This document shows positions 48,394 to 57,922 of a stretch of 64,000 nucleotides of DNA, piece by piece. Where the stretch lies: positions 44,897 through 108,896 of the forward strand of contig CANJNE010000001.1 of NCBI GenBank assembly GCA_947475275.1. The letters are read 5' to 3'. The translations under genes were made by a program, and so were the position numbers. Numbering within the stretch: the stretch's first letter is position 1; every line of letters begins with the position of its first letter. Source of the DNA: Flavobacteriales bacterium (GTDB lineage: Bacteria; Bacteroidota; Bacteroidia; Flavobacteriales_D; Crocinitomicaceae). Under the pieces are notes generated by a model that did no database searches, had not been told where the DNA came from, and saw only the letters and a program-made list of their open reading frames with translations.

Positions 48394-50169
48394 TTAATTT
48401 ACTTTAAACGTACCTGAACCTTTAGTAACTGTTTTGTCTGGCTTTTTATAATTTACAACTAGAGTTACATATTTACCACTACTTTGCTTCATCATATTAA
48501 CAGCTTGAGCATTCAATTCAGTACCTGTTCCTGATGTTTCACGACCATTAGCAATAAGTGTCCACCCTGAAATAGGGAACGTAACACCTGTTAATGTAAT
48601 TTCAGAACCATATTTAACTTGAATCGATGTAACATTCTTATTTACAGATTCTGTACTTTTCTTTCCTCCTAAATAAACTCCAGGATCTGGCAAAGGTTTA
48701 ACTTTGTAAGTAACAGAATTCAATGTGGCAGATTTCTTCGTAATACTATTAGTACCTACAACTGCTAGAGTTAAGCTATTTCCACCGGTTGGGAAAATGA
48801 CCCAATTGTTTGAACCTTTCGTGGTCTTTGTTGCTGTACCTGAAGTGATTTTCAAATCAGTTTTGTCAAACCCAGAAGCTACAGCCTGAACATTATTACT
48901 ATAGTTCTTGTAAAGAATTTGCATGTCTGGCAATGAAATACTTCCTGTAGGCTCAATTACCTTTACGGTATATTTCCATGGTTTTTCTGCCCAGTCACCT
49001 GACTTCTTACGTATTTTTACAGTACCACTAATTGTTTTATCACCAATACCAGATGTAGCGATTTTCATTGTACCCTGACCATTAGCAACTGTCCAGTTAC
49101 CACCACCAGTAATTACTGGTTGATTATCTGTATCAAAAGCAGCCATCATTACTTTCAATTCTGCCTCATCACCTTTGGTTACCATTGTAGGACCAACTGC
49201 AAATCCTTCGATACTATTAAAACTGAATTCACCAGTTGAAACACGACTCTTAATATGTTCGAACGCACTCGCTCTTGCAGCCAAGACTTCCACCTGAAGA
49301 GAAGTTAAAGACGCTAGCGCAGCAACCAACGGTGCATGGTCAAAAGTTTTACCTATCCAAGGCCATTCTTTTTGCTCCTCACCTTCTCCACCAGCCATAA
49401 CCATTTCCGGTTTGGTTAACTCAATGTATAAATCTCTCAATTTACCTTTGTCATCGTTCTTGTTGCATTGACTTTTTTCAATCATTGCTTCAACTTGCTT
49501 AGTCAGATCATTGAAATCTTTGAACTTATTTATTGCTACAGGATTTATTGACCAAGTTTTTCCTCCTACTGTATATGTTCCCAGTAATTTCACGATATTT
49601 TGCCTGTAATCATTATAAGCCTTCCAAAGTTTCATACCAGCTCCATCAGCTTTAGGAGACATTGGCTCTTCACCAACTAATTCATGCATTGGAATATCAT
49701 ACTGATCTTTTGCCTGAACCGCAGCCAAATTCATTCTAGCCGGACGAATGGGTTGTAGTTTTTTGTTGTAATCAACCCAAAGAATTTTAGAAGCATCCTT
49801 GTCACCTACAGACATATCTTCACCGCTTTTTGTAAGAATATCCTTTTTGATGCCATCAACCATTTCAATAAATTTACCGGTTTCAACATCAATTTTATTC
49901 ATTACGTCCATGAAATATTTGATTTTCTGGGCCTTAACCTTTGTAGGATCTTCTTTATCTTTTTCTGCAACAGTCAATTCTCCACTAAGGCTTCGTTTTG
50001 CACCATCACCTCTTTCAAGATGGTTAATTGCCGCTTTTTGCATATTTTCCTCGATTGCCACAAAGGCATCCAAGACTTGTTTCGATACATTTAGAGCCAG
50101 AAGTGCGGTAAGTACCAAGTACATCATACCAATCATCTTCTGTCTCGGGGTTTCTTTACCTCCTGCCAT
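48394..50169 (-). CDS. gldM: T9SS/gliding motor-associated protein GldM (PorM)
   Basis: N-terminus MAGGKETPRQKMIGMMYLVLTALLALNVS (the conserved GldM TM helix), followed by a long periplasmic region. Confidence 0.9.
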   Translation of the reverse strand: MAGGKETPRQKMIGMMYLVLTALLALNVSKQVLDAFVAIEENMQKAAINHLERGDGAKRSLSGELTVAEKDKEDPTKVKAQKIKYFMDVMNKIDVETGKFIEMVDGIKKDILTKSGEDMSVGDKDASKILWVDYNKKLQPIRPARMNLAAVQAKDQYDIPMHELVGEEPMSPKADGAGMKLWKAYNDYRQNIVKLLGTYTVGGKTWSINPVAINKFKDFNDLTKQVEAMIEKSQCNKNDDKGKLRDLYIELTKPEMVMAGGEGEEQKEWPWIGKTFDHAPLVAALASLTSLQVEVLAARASAFEHIKSRVSTGEFSFNSIEGFAVGPTMVTKGDEAELKVMMAAFDTDNQPVITGGGNWTVANGQGTMKIATSGIGDKTISGTVKIRKKSGDWAEKPWKYTVKVIEPTGSISLPDMQILYKNYSNNVQAVASGFDKTDLKITSGTATKTTKGSNNWVIFPTGGNSLTLAVVGTNSITKKSATLNSVTYKVKPLPDPGVYLGGKKSTESVNKNVTSIQVKYGSEITLTGVTFPISGWTLIANGRETSGTGTELNAQAVNMMKQSSGKYVTLVVNYKKPDKTVTKGSGTFKVN

Positions 50170-50233
50170 GATAATTAAATTTTATTGTTTACAATAATAT
50201 TAATGTTCAATTTTAAAATAGTCACAAATGTGA

Positions 50234-51058
50234 TTATCCTTTAATTGTCATAGCTTTCAACATATTGCCATAAACGTTGTTAAGATCCGTCAAGTTCTTA
50301 GACAACATCGCCATATTTTCTTTGTACAATCTCGTATCCTCAACTGATGCAGATAGATTAGCCATCATGTCAGTTACTTGCTGCTGGAATTTCTCTGTAG
50401 CTTCAAGGTGAGATGTAGATCCTTTCAATTGTAATTCATAAACATTGTTCAGTGCAGCAAGATTTTTAGATACTTTTTGCATTTGCTCACCGAATGATTC
50501 ACCTTCTTGGGTAGTTGATGTCATTCCAGATATTGATACAGATGCTCTTTCATAAGCCTCTGACAAAGATGCCACGCGCTCAGAAGCAGCTTGTAAGCTA
50601 GATACGTAAGAATCTGTAGCAGCAGCAGCAGAAGTAATTCCTTTTAAAGAATTTGCATTGTCTGCTAAAGCTGTCATGCCTTCACCTAATCTTTCTAACA
50701 ATTTGCTATCAATTTTTGCCTCATCTAGCATTTTATCCAACTCTTGGCTTACACCAGAACCACCTCTTCCACCTCTTCCAGCTGGCAATTTAGCGTGATC
50801 TAATTCATCAGAGTGACCTAGAGCTAATTCAGGATAAACCAATTCCCAATTTGGGTCTTCGTGAATAGGTTCAAATGCTGAAAAGATAAAGATAATTGCC
50901 TCCGTTAAGAGTCCTACTGTTAATAAAAATCCTGCTTGAAATGGGAAAAAGAAATTCCAGTGCTGAATTTTAAATAACGCACCAATAATTACAATTGCGG
51001 CTCCAAATCCGTACAATTTCGCCATAAACTTTTTCCATCCTTTACTTCCTGGTTTCAT
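50234..51058 (-). CDS. gldL: T9SS/gliding motor protein GldL (PorL)
   Basis: Two N-terminal TM helices (YGFGAAIVIIGALFKIQHW; GFLLTVGLLTEAIIFIFSAFEP, with the conserved intramembrane Glu) and a cytoplasmic helical tail. Confidence 0.9.
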   Translation of the reverse strand: MKPGSKGWKKFMAKLYGFGAAIVIIGALFKIQHWNFFFPFQAGFLLTVGLLTEAIIFIFSAFEPIHEDPNWELVYPELALGHSDELDHAKLPAGRGGRGGSGVSQELDKMLDEAKIDSKLLERLGEGMTALADNANSLKGITSAAAATDSYVSSLQAASERVASLSEAYERASVSISGMTSTTQEGESFGEQMQKVSKNLAALNNVYELQLKGSTSHLEATEKFQQQVTDMMANLSASVEDTRLYKENMAMLSKNLTDLNNVYGNMLKAMTIKG

Positions 51059-51118
51059 AGTTTTCCTTTTTTTTAGGTTTTTAAATTAAAATTACTACTT
51101 GATTATGTTTGTTGTATT

Positions 51119-52882
51119 CTAGCGAAGTTGAATATCGCTTTGAATTTCTTCTACTCCTCCTTCGAGTGTCATGTCAACACCTCCTCTTCCGAGATGGGTC
51201 ATAACATTTCTAAATCCGATATAACTTTTAGCCGTATCCTGGTACTCATAGGTACGTGTTCCACACATTAGATAATACCCTACGTCTTTCCACGAACCTC
51301 CGCGTATTACCTTACGTTTCATTACAGGAGGATCCCAGTCCTTTGCATCATATCGGTAATCAGGATTCATTTCATGCTGAACTTCATACATCGATTCATC
51401 GAAAGCAGTCTCACACCATTCGGATACATTTCCTGCCATGCAATATAAGCCCCAGTTGTTGGGATTGTATGAATACACTTTCACAGTATGGAAACCTCCA
51501 TCCTCAAAATAACGACCTCTCATAGGTTTGAAATTCCCAAGGAAACAACCAGCATTATTTCTGATATATGGTCCACCCCAAGGATAATTATTCAACTCAT
51601 TTGATCCTCTCGCGCCTCTTTCCCATTCAGCCTCTGTTGGTAAACGGAAATCATTCACAAACAATTGACCTTCAGAAATTAACCAATTATTAAGCAACTG
51701 GGTTCTCCATACAGAGAAAGCTTTTGCCTGAACCCAAGTAATTCCAACAACCGGATAATTGTCGTATGCAGGATGCCAAAAATACATGTTGGACATTGGA
51801 TCATGGAATGAATAAGTAAAATCTCTAACCCAACATAATGTATCAGGATAAACATTGATCTCTTCGTCAATTATAAATCTTGACCGATCACTATGACCAC
51901 GTATGGCATTGTTTTGACCTTTCTCATTAAATCTACCTAAATCAAGTTCTTGTCCAGGACCTTTATAATTTTTCCAATCTTTGATATTTTCTTGACTTTG
52001 ACCTGTTACAGGATTAGGAGGTAATGTTTCTTTATCAAGCGTTCTATGCTCTTTATTTACCTTGTCACCTGCATCTTGCCATGTATCGTCGTCTTTAAAT
52101 GGAGTACCTCCATAATCTATATTAAGATCTCCTCTTCTTGCAGCTTCACGATAGTCTATCCAAAAATATCGATACATTAATTTTCTAGTATCAATTTCCT
52201 TTCTGCGGTAGTAACGTTCATCTGTTGGAAGGTACATTTCAGCAAGTAACGGTATTACATCGGCGGATGAATAATCCAACTCTTTCTCCCAATCAAGATA
52301 AAATAAGATATTTTCCGGTTTATTTGGTTTGAAAGGGGCATCATATTCCCCACGATATTCCAATCGTTTATCTGGTTCATGTACTACCTGCCCGTCTTTA
52401 TCTTCTTTACCAGACACAATAAATTTGGTTGTACCAGCATCATCAAGTTCTGATTCATCTAGATAATATTCTGTATATTTTATCCAAGATGTAGCATCTG
52501 CATCTTCCCACATGCCTTGCTTCCCGTCTTTACCGTCACCAGGTAAACCCTTAACCCATTCTTTATCTTTGGTGTAAAGAATTTCCCTAGCTATAGAGTC
52601 TCTTACCCAATTAACAAATTGACGGTATTCATTGTTGGAAATTTCCGTGTTGTCCATATAGAACGCCTGCACTGAAACAGGACGGGGACGTGTTTGAAAT
52701 AGGAAAGGAACATCTTGGTCCGTTTCTCCCATTTGAAAAGCACCCGATCGGACATAAACCATACCTAAAGGGACTTCAGGCTGATAAGGCTGACGACCAG
52801 CAACACCTGTAAGTTCACCTGTTTGCTCAATACATGAAGCCAACATGGTTCCAACAAAACCGAATAACAATAGTTTTTTCAT
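51119..52882 (-). CDS. gldK: T9SS/gliding lipoprotein GldK (PorK; FGE-sulfatase/SUMF1 fold)
   Basis: Lipobox GTMLASC, MVYVRSGAFQMG, FYMDNTEISNNEYRQF, RLPTEAEWE, NMAGNVSEW, RGGSW and IGFR. Confidence 0.9.
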   Translation of the reverse strand: MKKLLLFGFVGTMLASCIEQTGELTGVAGRQPYQPEVPLGMVYVRSGAFQMGETDQDVPFLFQTRPRPVSVQAFYMDNTEISNNEYRQFVNWVRDSIAREILYTKDKEWVKGLPGDGKDGKQGMWEDADATSWIKYTEYYLDESELDDAGTTKFIVSGKEDKDGQVVHEPDKRLEYRGEYDAPFKPNKPENILFYLDWEKELDYSSADVIPLLAEMYLPTDERYYRRKEIDTRKLMYRYFWIDYREAARRGDLNIDYGGTPFKDDDTWQDAGDKVNKEHRTLDKETLPPNPVTGQSQENIKDWKNYKGPGQELDLGRFNEKGQNNAIRGHSDRSRFIIDEEINVYPDTLCWVRDFTYSFHDPMSNMYFWHPAYDNYPVVGITWVQAKAFSVWRTQLLNNWLISEGQLFVNDFRLPTEAEWERGARGSNELNNYPWGGPYIRNNAGCFLGNFKPMRGRYFEDGGFHTVKVYSYNPNNWGLYCMAGNVSEWCETAFDESMYEVQHEMNPDYRYDAKDWDPPVMKRKVIRGGSWKDVGYYLMCGTRTYEYQDTAKSYIGFRNVMTHLGRGGVDMTLEGGVEEIQSDIQLR

Positions 52883-53000
52883 TCTACCTCTTTTTTTTCT
52901 AACTACCGGACACCAATATTAACTTTCTACAGGATCTACAATTGCTGGTATAACGGTACAATCACAAAAATGGTTACAAATATTCAACTTTTTTTTTAAT

Positions 53001-53936
53001 TTACAACCATCTTGGGTGATTTGATTTTGTCACAGGAGGTGGCGGTAAGAAGTAGCAATACTTCAAAACAATCTCATGTGAACCCCTCGAAACACTTGCT
53101 AACTTATTTGTTGTAAGATCATAAGAATAACCGACAGTCATGTTTTTCACAGGCATCCAGCCCAACATTAGACCGATTGCGTCAACCGTTCTGTATGTTA
53201 GACCTGCATATCCAATATCTTTCCAAAAATATCTTGCGTTTATATCTGCTGAAAATTTGACCAAATCAGTTCTTAATAACAATTGTGCATCTATTGCTCC
53301 ATCACCTATACCATTAAATCTCTTTCCACCCATCAGATAATAATGTCTTGCCATTTGGTACTGGTTAGTAACCTGACCTACAACATTTTGTAATAAAGAT
53401 TCGTTAAGATGTGTAGAGGAAAGACCAACATAATAATCACTATTTCCTTTGAAGTACAATCCAAAATTAACGTCAAGATTGGTTGCGGTAAACCCAACAG
53501 GAAGAGAATTATCCAAAACAGTTGTTGGCGGAACCCATACTGGTGACATACCAAAATTAACAATACCAAGACCTACACCAATTCCCAACGTGCCTAAACC
53601 AGCTAAATCAAGGGGATAAGAGTAATTTAACAAAACATTATTTTGTCTTGAAAAGCCTATTGCATCATGATAGAAGGAAATACCCAATCCACCTGGAAAA
53701 AAGCGATTCATATTCGCTTCAATATTCAACACAGCTGAATTTGGTGCCCCATTTACTTTATCCCATTGGTTTCTATAAATTGAAGTAGCGCAAATACCAT
53801 CATCAATTCCAGTTTCTCCAGGATTAATTGACATTTTATCGTAAACAAAATGCGTAATCAACTTATCTTGCTGACCATATGAAAGGCTAGTAATTACGCT
53901 AAGAACAGTAGTAAGTAGAATAAATTTTTTATTCAT
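53001..53936 (-). CDS. porP: PorP/SprF family T9SS outer-membrane protein
   Basis: The ATG at 53936 gives MNKKFILLTTVLSVITSLSYGQQD. FVYDKMSINPGETG and YRNQW... are typical of PorP/SprF. It sits upstream of gldK, as in the porPKLMN arrangement. Confidence 0.85.
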   Translation of the reverse strand: MNKKFILLTTVLSVITSLSYGQQDKLITHFVYDKMSINPGETGIDDGICATSIYRNQWDKVNGAPNSAVLNIEANMNRFFPGGLGISFYHDAIGFSRQNNVLLNYSYPLDLAGLGTLGIGVGLGIVNFGMSPVWVPPTTVLDNSLPVGFTATNLDVNFGLYFKGNSDYYVGLSSTHLNESLLQNVVGQVTNQYQMARHYYLMGGKRFNGIGDGAIDAQLLLRTDLVKFSADINARYFWKDIGYAGLTYRTVDAIGLMLGWMPVKNMTVGYSYDLTTNKLASVSRGSHEIVLKYCYFLPPPPVTKSNHPRWL

Positions 53937-54095
53937 ATTTGTAGTTTTCAATGGTAAAATCCATAAATGGTTCGATGTTCAAAACACCAAAATGTGGGGA
54001 CTAAAATAAGTATTTTTATTGATAAAAGAAATTTTTTTTCTAGCCGAGTAAAAAAAGTACTAGAATCTTTAATCGGAAAAAGAATAAAATCCTTC

Positions 54096-55259
54096 CTAAG
54101 AGAGCTTTTGATATGTTTTCCACCATAAATCTGGCAATTCATTCTTCATGGCCCTTTCATAATCTGTTGCATCGCAAGGTACAAGATGATGTCTTTCATA
54201 CTGCAAACCTTTGGTTGGAGGATACGGCACTTCCATCCACCAACGTTCTGACTTATTGCTTTTATAGAAAACAATTGTATCCTTAAAATCATCTAATTTA
54301 ACGCTGAATTTAAGATAATCTCGTTTGCTTCCCGTTGGAAAGTCACCTTTCCGATGGACAACACCATCAATAAAATACCATACTATTTCAGCGACTATTT
54401 TAGCGATTAAATCAAATTCATTATTCGGATAATAATTAAATATACCGAAGGAGGTCAATTTATCACTGATTCCAGCATATTTACCAATTTGACAAATTTG
54501 ATCAGCAAAGAAACCGTTAGGCAAATTGTATGATGAACTTTGTATTTCAGCGGCTCTAATTGCTGTTAAATCTAACGAGAGAATATCAGCGTTTCTTAAA
54601 TGGGGTTCAGCTTTTCGTTTGTCGGTATTGAATTCCCCCAAGCGACATGAGTCAAAATACAATTTTTCAAACAGTTCAATTTCAACTGCGGACGCATATG
54701 GTGCTTGCAAACCAATATTTGCATGATTGAACAGATAACAAGGCCTCTGTAACAGTAAATGACTTAAAAAAGCATCAGCGTTCATTGGCTCCTCGGGTGA
54801 ACCCAAGTCAAGTTTGGCATCTATACAACAAAGATTAACCATTTGTTCAAGTTCTTCGTAACCTTTATACAATGCAAGTGTCAAATCCTGGCTTCCACCA
54901 ATAACAATTGGTATTATTCTTTTTTTAACAAGTTCTCCAACAACCTGACTAAGTGCAAAAAACGTATCTTCTTTTGTTTCACCAGGAAGAATTGTTCCCA
55001 AATCGTATATTGGTAAATCCCAAGAAACGCCTTTATTGAGTGTATAGAAGTGATTTCGGAATGTAGCATTTTCTTTAAATTGAAATCCAGACTTATCTCC
55101 TCTATACTCGGGAACGTAAATTATAGCAATACCTGCCTTTGATGAACTTAAATCTGGAAAAGACTCCTCTCTATGAAAAATTACAGTGTTGCCAAGTTGG
55201 TTTTCATTAAACTCATCCAAATCTAGGATGGCTTTAAAATAAATTGACAAATCTTTCAT
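54096..55259 (-). CDS. arginase/formimidoylglutamase-family protein (metal ligands apparently degenerate)
   Basis: 387 aa with arginase-fold spacing. The canonical GGDHS / DAHxD / SxDxDxxDP positions read GGSQD / DAKLD / SLDLTAIRA in my by-eye alignment. Confidence 0.65.
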   Translation of the reverse strand: MKDLSIYFKAILDLDEFNENQLGNTVIFHREESFPDLSSSKAGIAIIYVPEYRGDKSGFQFKENATFRNHFYTLNKGVSWDLPIYDLGTILPGETKEDTFFALSQVVGELVKKRIIPIVIGGSQDLTLALYKGYEELEQMVNLCCIDAKLDLGSPEEPMNADAFLSHLLLQRPCYLFNHANIGLQAPYASAVEIELFEKLYFDSCRLGEFNTDKRKAEPHLRNADILSLDLTAIRAAEIQSSSYNLPNGFFADQICQIGKYAGISDKLTSFGIFNYYPNNEFDLIAKIVAEIVWYFIDGVVHRKGDFPTGSKRDYLKFSVKLDDFKDTIVFYKSNKSERWWMEVPYPPTKGLQYERHHLVPCDATDYERAMKNELPDLWWKTYQKLS

Positions 55260-55358
55260 TTCAACACTTTGTGCGAAGCTATAGAAATTAAATCATCAAT
55301 GCGAAATCACAAATGAAAAGAATTGAAAAGTTAGAAGTTGAAAACTCTTCGAAGTGAA

Positions 55359-57680
55359 TTATGAAGTTTTCTTTTTCTTAAATTTTCCTGATGCATTTTT
55401 TGGATCTTCAGCTATTTGAATGCACTCTTCAAGCGACAATTTTTCTGGAGCGGTCCCTTTGGGAAGCTTAAAATTGTCTTTTCCTATTTTCAGATATGCC
55501 CCAAAGCGACCATTTAAAAGTTGAACGTCGGGTCTTTCATCGAAAGTCTTTATGAGCTTGTTGGCATCCTCTTCCCTTTTCGCTATAATTAATTCAATAG
55601 CTCTCTCCAAGGTAATTTCAAGAGGATTTTCTCCTTTTGGAATTGAAACAAAGCTTTTACCATGCTGAACATAAGGTCCAAACCTACCATTGTTTGATTT
55701 GATCTCTAGATTTTCAAAACTTCCTACAATGCGTGGTAATTTAAATTGATCAAGCGCATTTTCGAGTGTTAAGGTCCCAATAGATTGATCTTTACGAAGT
55801 GAAGCAAACAGAGGTTTTTCACCATCTTCTTTTTCATCACCTATTTGGATCATTGGTCCGAAACGACCTATTCTTGCAATAATTTTTCTTCCAGTTTCTG
55901 GATGGACTCCCAAAAATCTTTCACCAGTTGCTCTTTCAGAATTTTCAAGAGTATCATCGACGTTTTCGTGAAAAGGATTATAAAAATTTTTAATCATTTC
56001 AGTCCATTGGACAAGTCCTTTAGCTATATCATCAAATTCTTCTTCAACTTTTGCTGTAAAGCTATAATCCATGATTGAATTAAAATGTTGTTCTAAAAAT
56101 TCCGTTACCACTATGCCAATATCAGTTGGAAAAAGTTTGTTGGTCTCTTTACCGGTTAACTCAGACTTTGATTCGCTAATGATTTCACTGTTTTTTAAAG
56201 TAAGTTGAGTATAATTTCGAACCACGCCTTCTTTTTCCTTTTTTTCAACATAACCTCTTTTTTGAATTGTTGAAATTGTTGGTGCATAGGTTGAAGGTCT
56301 GCCAATGCCTAGCTCTTCTAGTTTCTTAACTAAAGATGCCTCTACATATCTTGGAGCTGGTCGGTTAAACCTTTCAGTAGCTAAAATTTGCTCGTAATCT
56401 AAAGTTTCATTTAAAAGAACCTCTGGCAAAATACCTTCTTTACTTTCTTCCTCCTCAAGATCTTCTACATTTGACGCCATGTAGAGACGAAGAAAACCGT
56501 CAAATTTAATTACTTCGCCTTTGGCATTAAATAAATCGTCGAGATTTGAAATTTTAATTTTAACACTGGTTCTTTCTAATTTTGCATTCGACATTTGTGA
56601 AGCTAGGGTTCTTTTCCAAATCAATTCATATAACCTTTGCTCATCACGTTCGGCAGAAATGCTTTCTAAAGAAAAATCTGTTGGCCTAATTGCCTCATGT
56701 GCCTCCTGAGCACCACTGCTTTTGGTTTTGTATTTAGTTGGATTGCAGTAGGTTGAGCCAAATCTATTTTCTATTTCAGATTTTATTCCAGAAATAGCAG
56801 AATCTGATAAATTCACTGAGTCCGTTCTCATGTAAGTAATTTTTCCAGACTCATAGAGTTTTTGAGCAACTGTCATTGTTCTTGAAACAGAGAACCCAAG
56901 TTTTAAACTTGCCTCCTGTTGAAGTGTCGAAGTAGTGAAAGGTGCAGATGGACTCTTTGATGCAGGTTTTGTGATAATGTCCGCGACACTATAACTAGCG
57001 TTTTTTAGTTTTTCTAATAAAGAATTAGCTTCTTCAATTGTTTCGGTTTGTCTTGAAAAATCGGCTTTCAATTTTCCTTTTACAGCATTAAAAACACCTT
57101 GAATTTTAACAAATCTAGAAGATTTGTGGCTTTCAATTTCTTTTTCACGCTCAACAATCAATCTAACAGCAACAGATTGCACACGTCCAGCTGATAAGCT
57201 TGGACGAACCTTTCTCCACAAAACCGGGGACAATTCAAATCCAACGATTCTATCCAGTACACGTCTGGCTTGCTGCGCATCAACTAAATTCTTGTCAATT
57301 TTTCTTGGATTATCAATTGCTTTAAGAATTGCTGTTTTAGTGATTTCATTAAAAGTAATTCTTTTGGTTTCTTTTTTATCCAAGTTCAATGCTTCGTACA
57401 AGTGCCATGAAATAGCTTCACCCTCGCGATCCTCATCAGTTGCCAACCAAACAACTTCTGCTTCCTTAGCTAACTTTTTTAAATCAGAAACAACTTGTTT
57501 TTTATCGGGAGTCACCTCGTATATGGGGTTGAAATTATGTTCTAAATCAATAGACAATCCTTTTTTGCCCAAGTCACGGACATGACCAAAGCTTGATTTT
57601 ACCACAAAATCCTTTCCCAAATAACCTTCAATTGTTTTTGCTTTTGCAGGGGATTCGACAATTACGAGATTTTTAGCCAT
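55359..57680 (-). CDS. topA: DNA topoisomerase I (type IA) with Cys-less C-terminal GRFGPY repeats
   Basis: The ATG at 57680 gives MAKNLVIVESPAKAKTIEGYLG. Also has Toprim DEDREGE, the active-site region YMRTDS, and three GRFGP/GRFGA repeats. Confidence 0.95.
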   Translation of the reverse strand: MAKNLVIVESPAKAKTIEGYLGKDFVVKSSFGHVRDLGKKGLSIDLEHNFNPIYEVTPDKKQVVSDLKKLAKEAEVVWLATDEDREGEAISWHLYEALNLDKKETKRITFNEITKTAILKAIDNPRKIDKNLVDAQQARRVLDRIVGFELSPVLWRKVRPSLSAGRVQSVAVRLIVEREKEIESHKSSRFVKIQGVFNAVKGKLKADFSRQTETIEEANSLLEKLKNASYSVADIITKPASKSPSAPFTTSTLQQEASLKLGFSVSRTMTVAQKLYESGKITYMRTDSVNLSDSAISGIKSEIENRFGSTYCNPTKYKTKSSGAQEAHEAIRPTDFSLESISAERDEQRLYELIWKRTLASQMSNAKLERTSVKIKISNLDDLFNAKGEVIKFDGFLRLYMASNVEDLEEEESKEGILPEVLLNETLDYEQILATERFNRPAPRYVEASLVKKLEELGIGRPSTYAPTISTIQKRGYVEKKEKEGVVRNYTQLTLKNSEIISESKSELTGKETNKLFPTDIGIVVTEFLEQHFNSIMDYSFTAKVEEEFDDIAKGLVQWTEMIKNFYNPFHENVDDTLENSERATGERFLGVHPETGRKIIARIGRFGPMIQIGDEKEDGEKPLFASLRKDQSIGTLTLENALDQFKLPRIVGSFENLEIKSNNGRFGPYVQHGKSFVSIPKGENPLEITLERAIELIIAKREEDANKLIKTFDERPDVQLLNGRFGAYLKIGKDNFKLPKGTAPEKLSLEECIQIAEDPKNASGKFKKKKTS

Positions 57681-57861
57681 GTTAAACGATTTTGAAATTG
57701 AATGCAAAATTATATCTAAAATACATTGAAAAGTTATTTGCTATTCAAAACAGAAGGTGACAAATATTGTTTAACCAAAGGTTAAATAATTTTATAAAAT
57801 ATACATTTTCAATTGACAAGCAACTTTTTTAAACAATTTATCATAGTAAAAGACTGCCATT

Positions 57862-57893
57862 TTGACATAGACGCCTAGAATTATTAATTTTGT
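57862..57893 (+). promoter_or_regulatory. Bacteroidota-type promoter candidate for miaB operon
   Basis: TTTG at 57862..57865, a 20-nt spacer, then TAATTTTG at 57886..57893. This is 30 nt upstream of the miaB ATG. Confidence 0.5.
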
Positions 57894-57922
57894 GAAAACA
57901 TTTCAATTGTGTTTTAAAAAAA

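Noticed and set aside
52883-52900. GAGG located 4 nt upstream of the gldK ATG, considered as a Shine-Dalgarno site. This would be unusual for Bacteroidota.
   Set aside because: It is a single 4-nt match with short spacing in an A-rich leader. Neighbouring genes show no SD, so the evidence is insufficient.
53948-54142. A 64-aa ORF in the porP-upstream spacer.
   Set aside because: It overlaps the 3' end of the arginase-family gene in another frame, has no motifs, and has an implausible composition.
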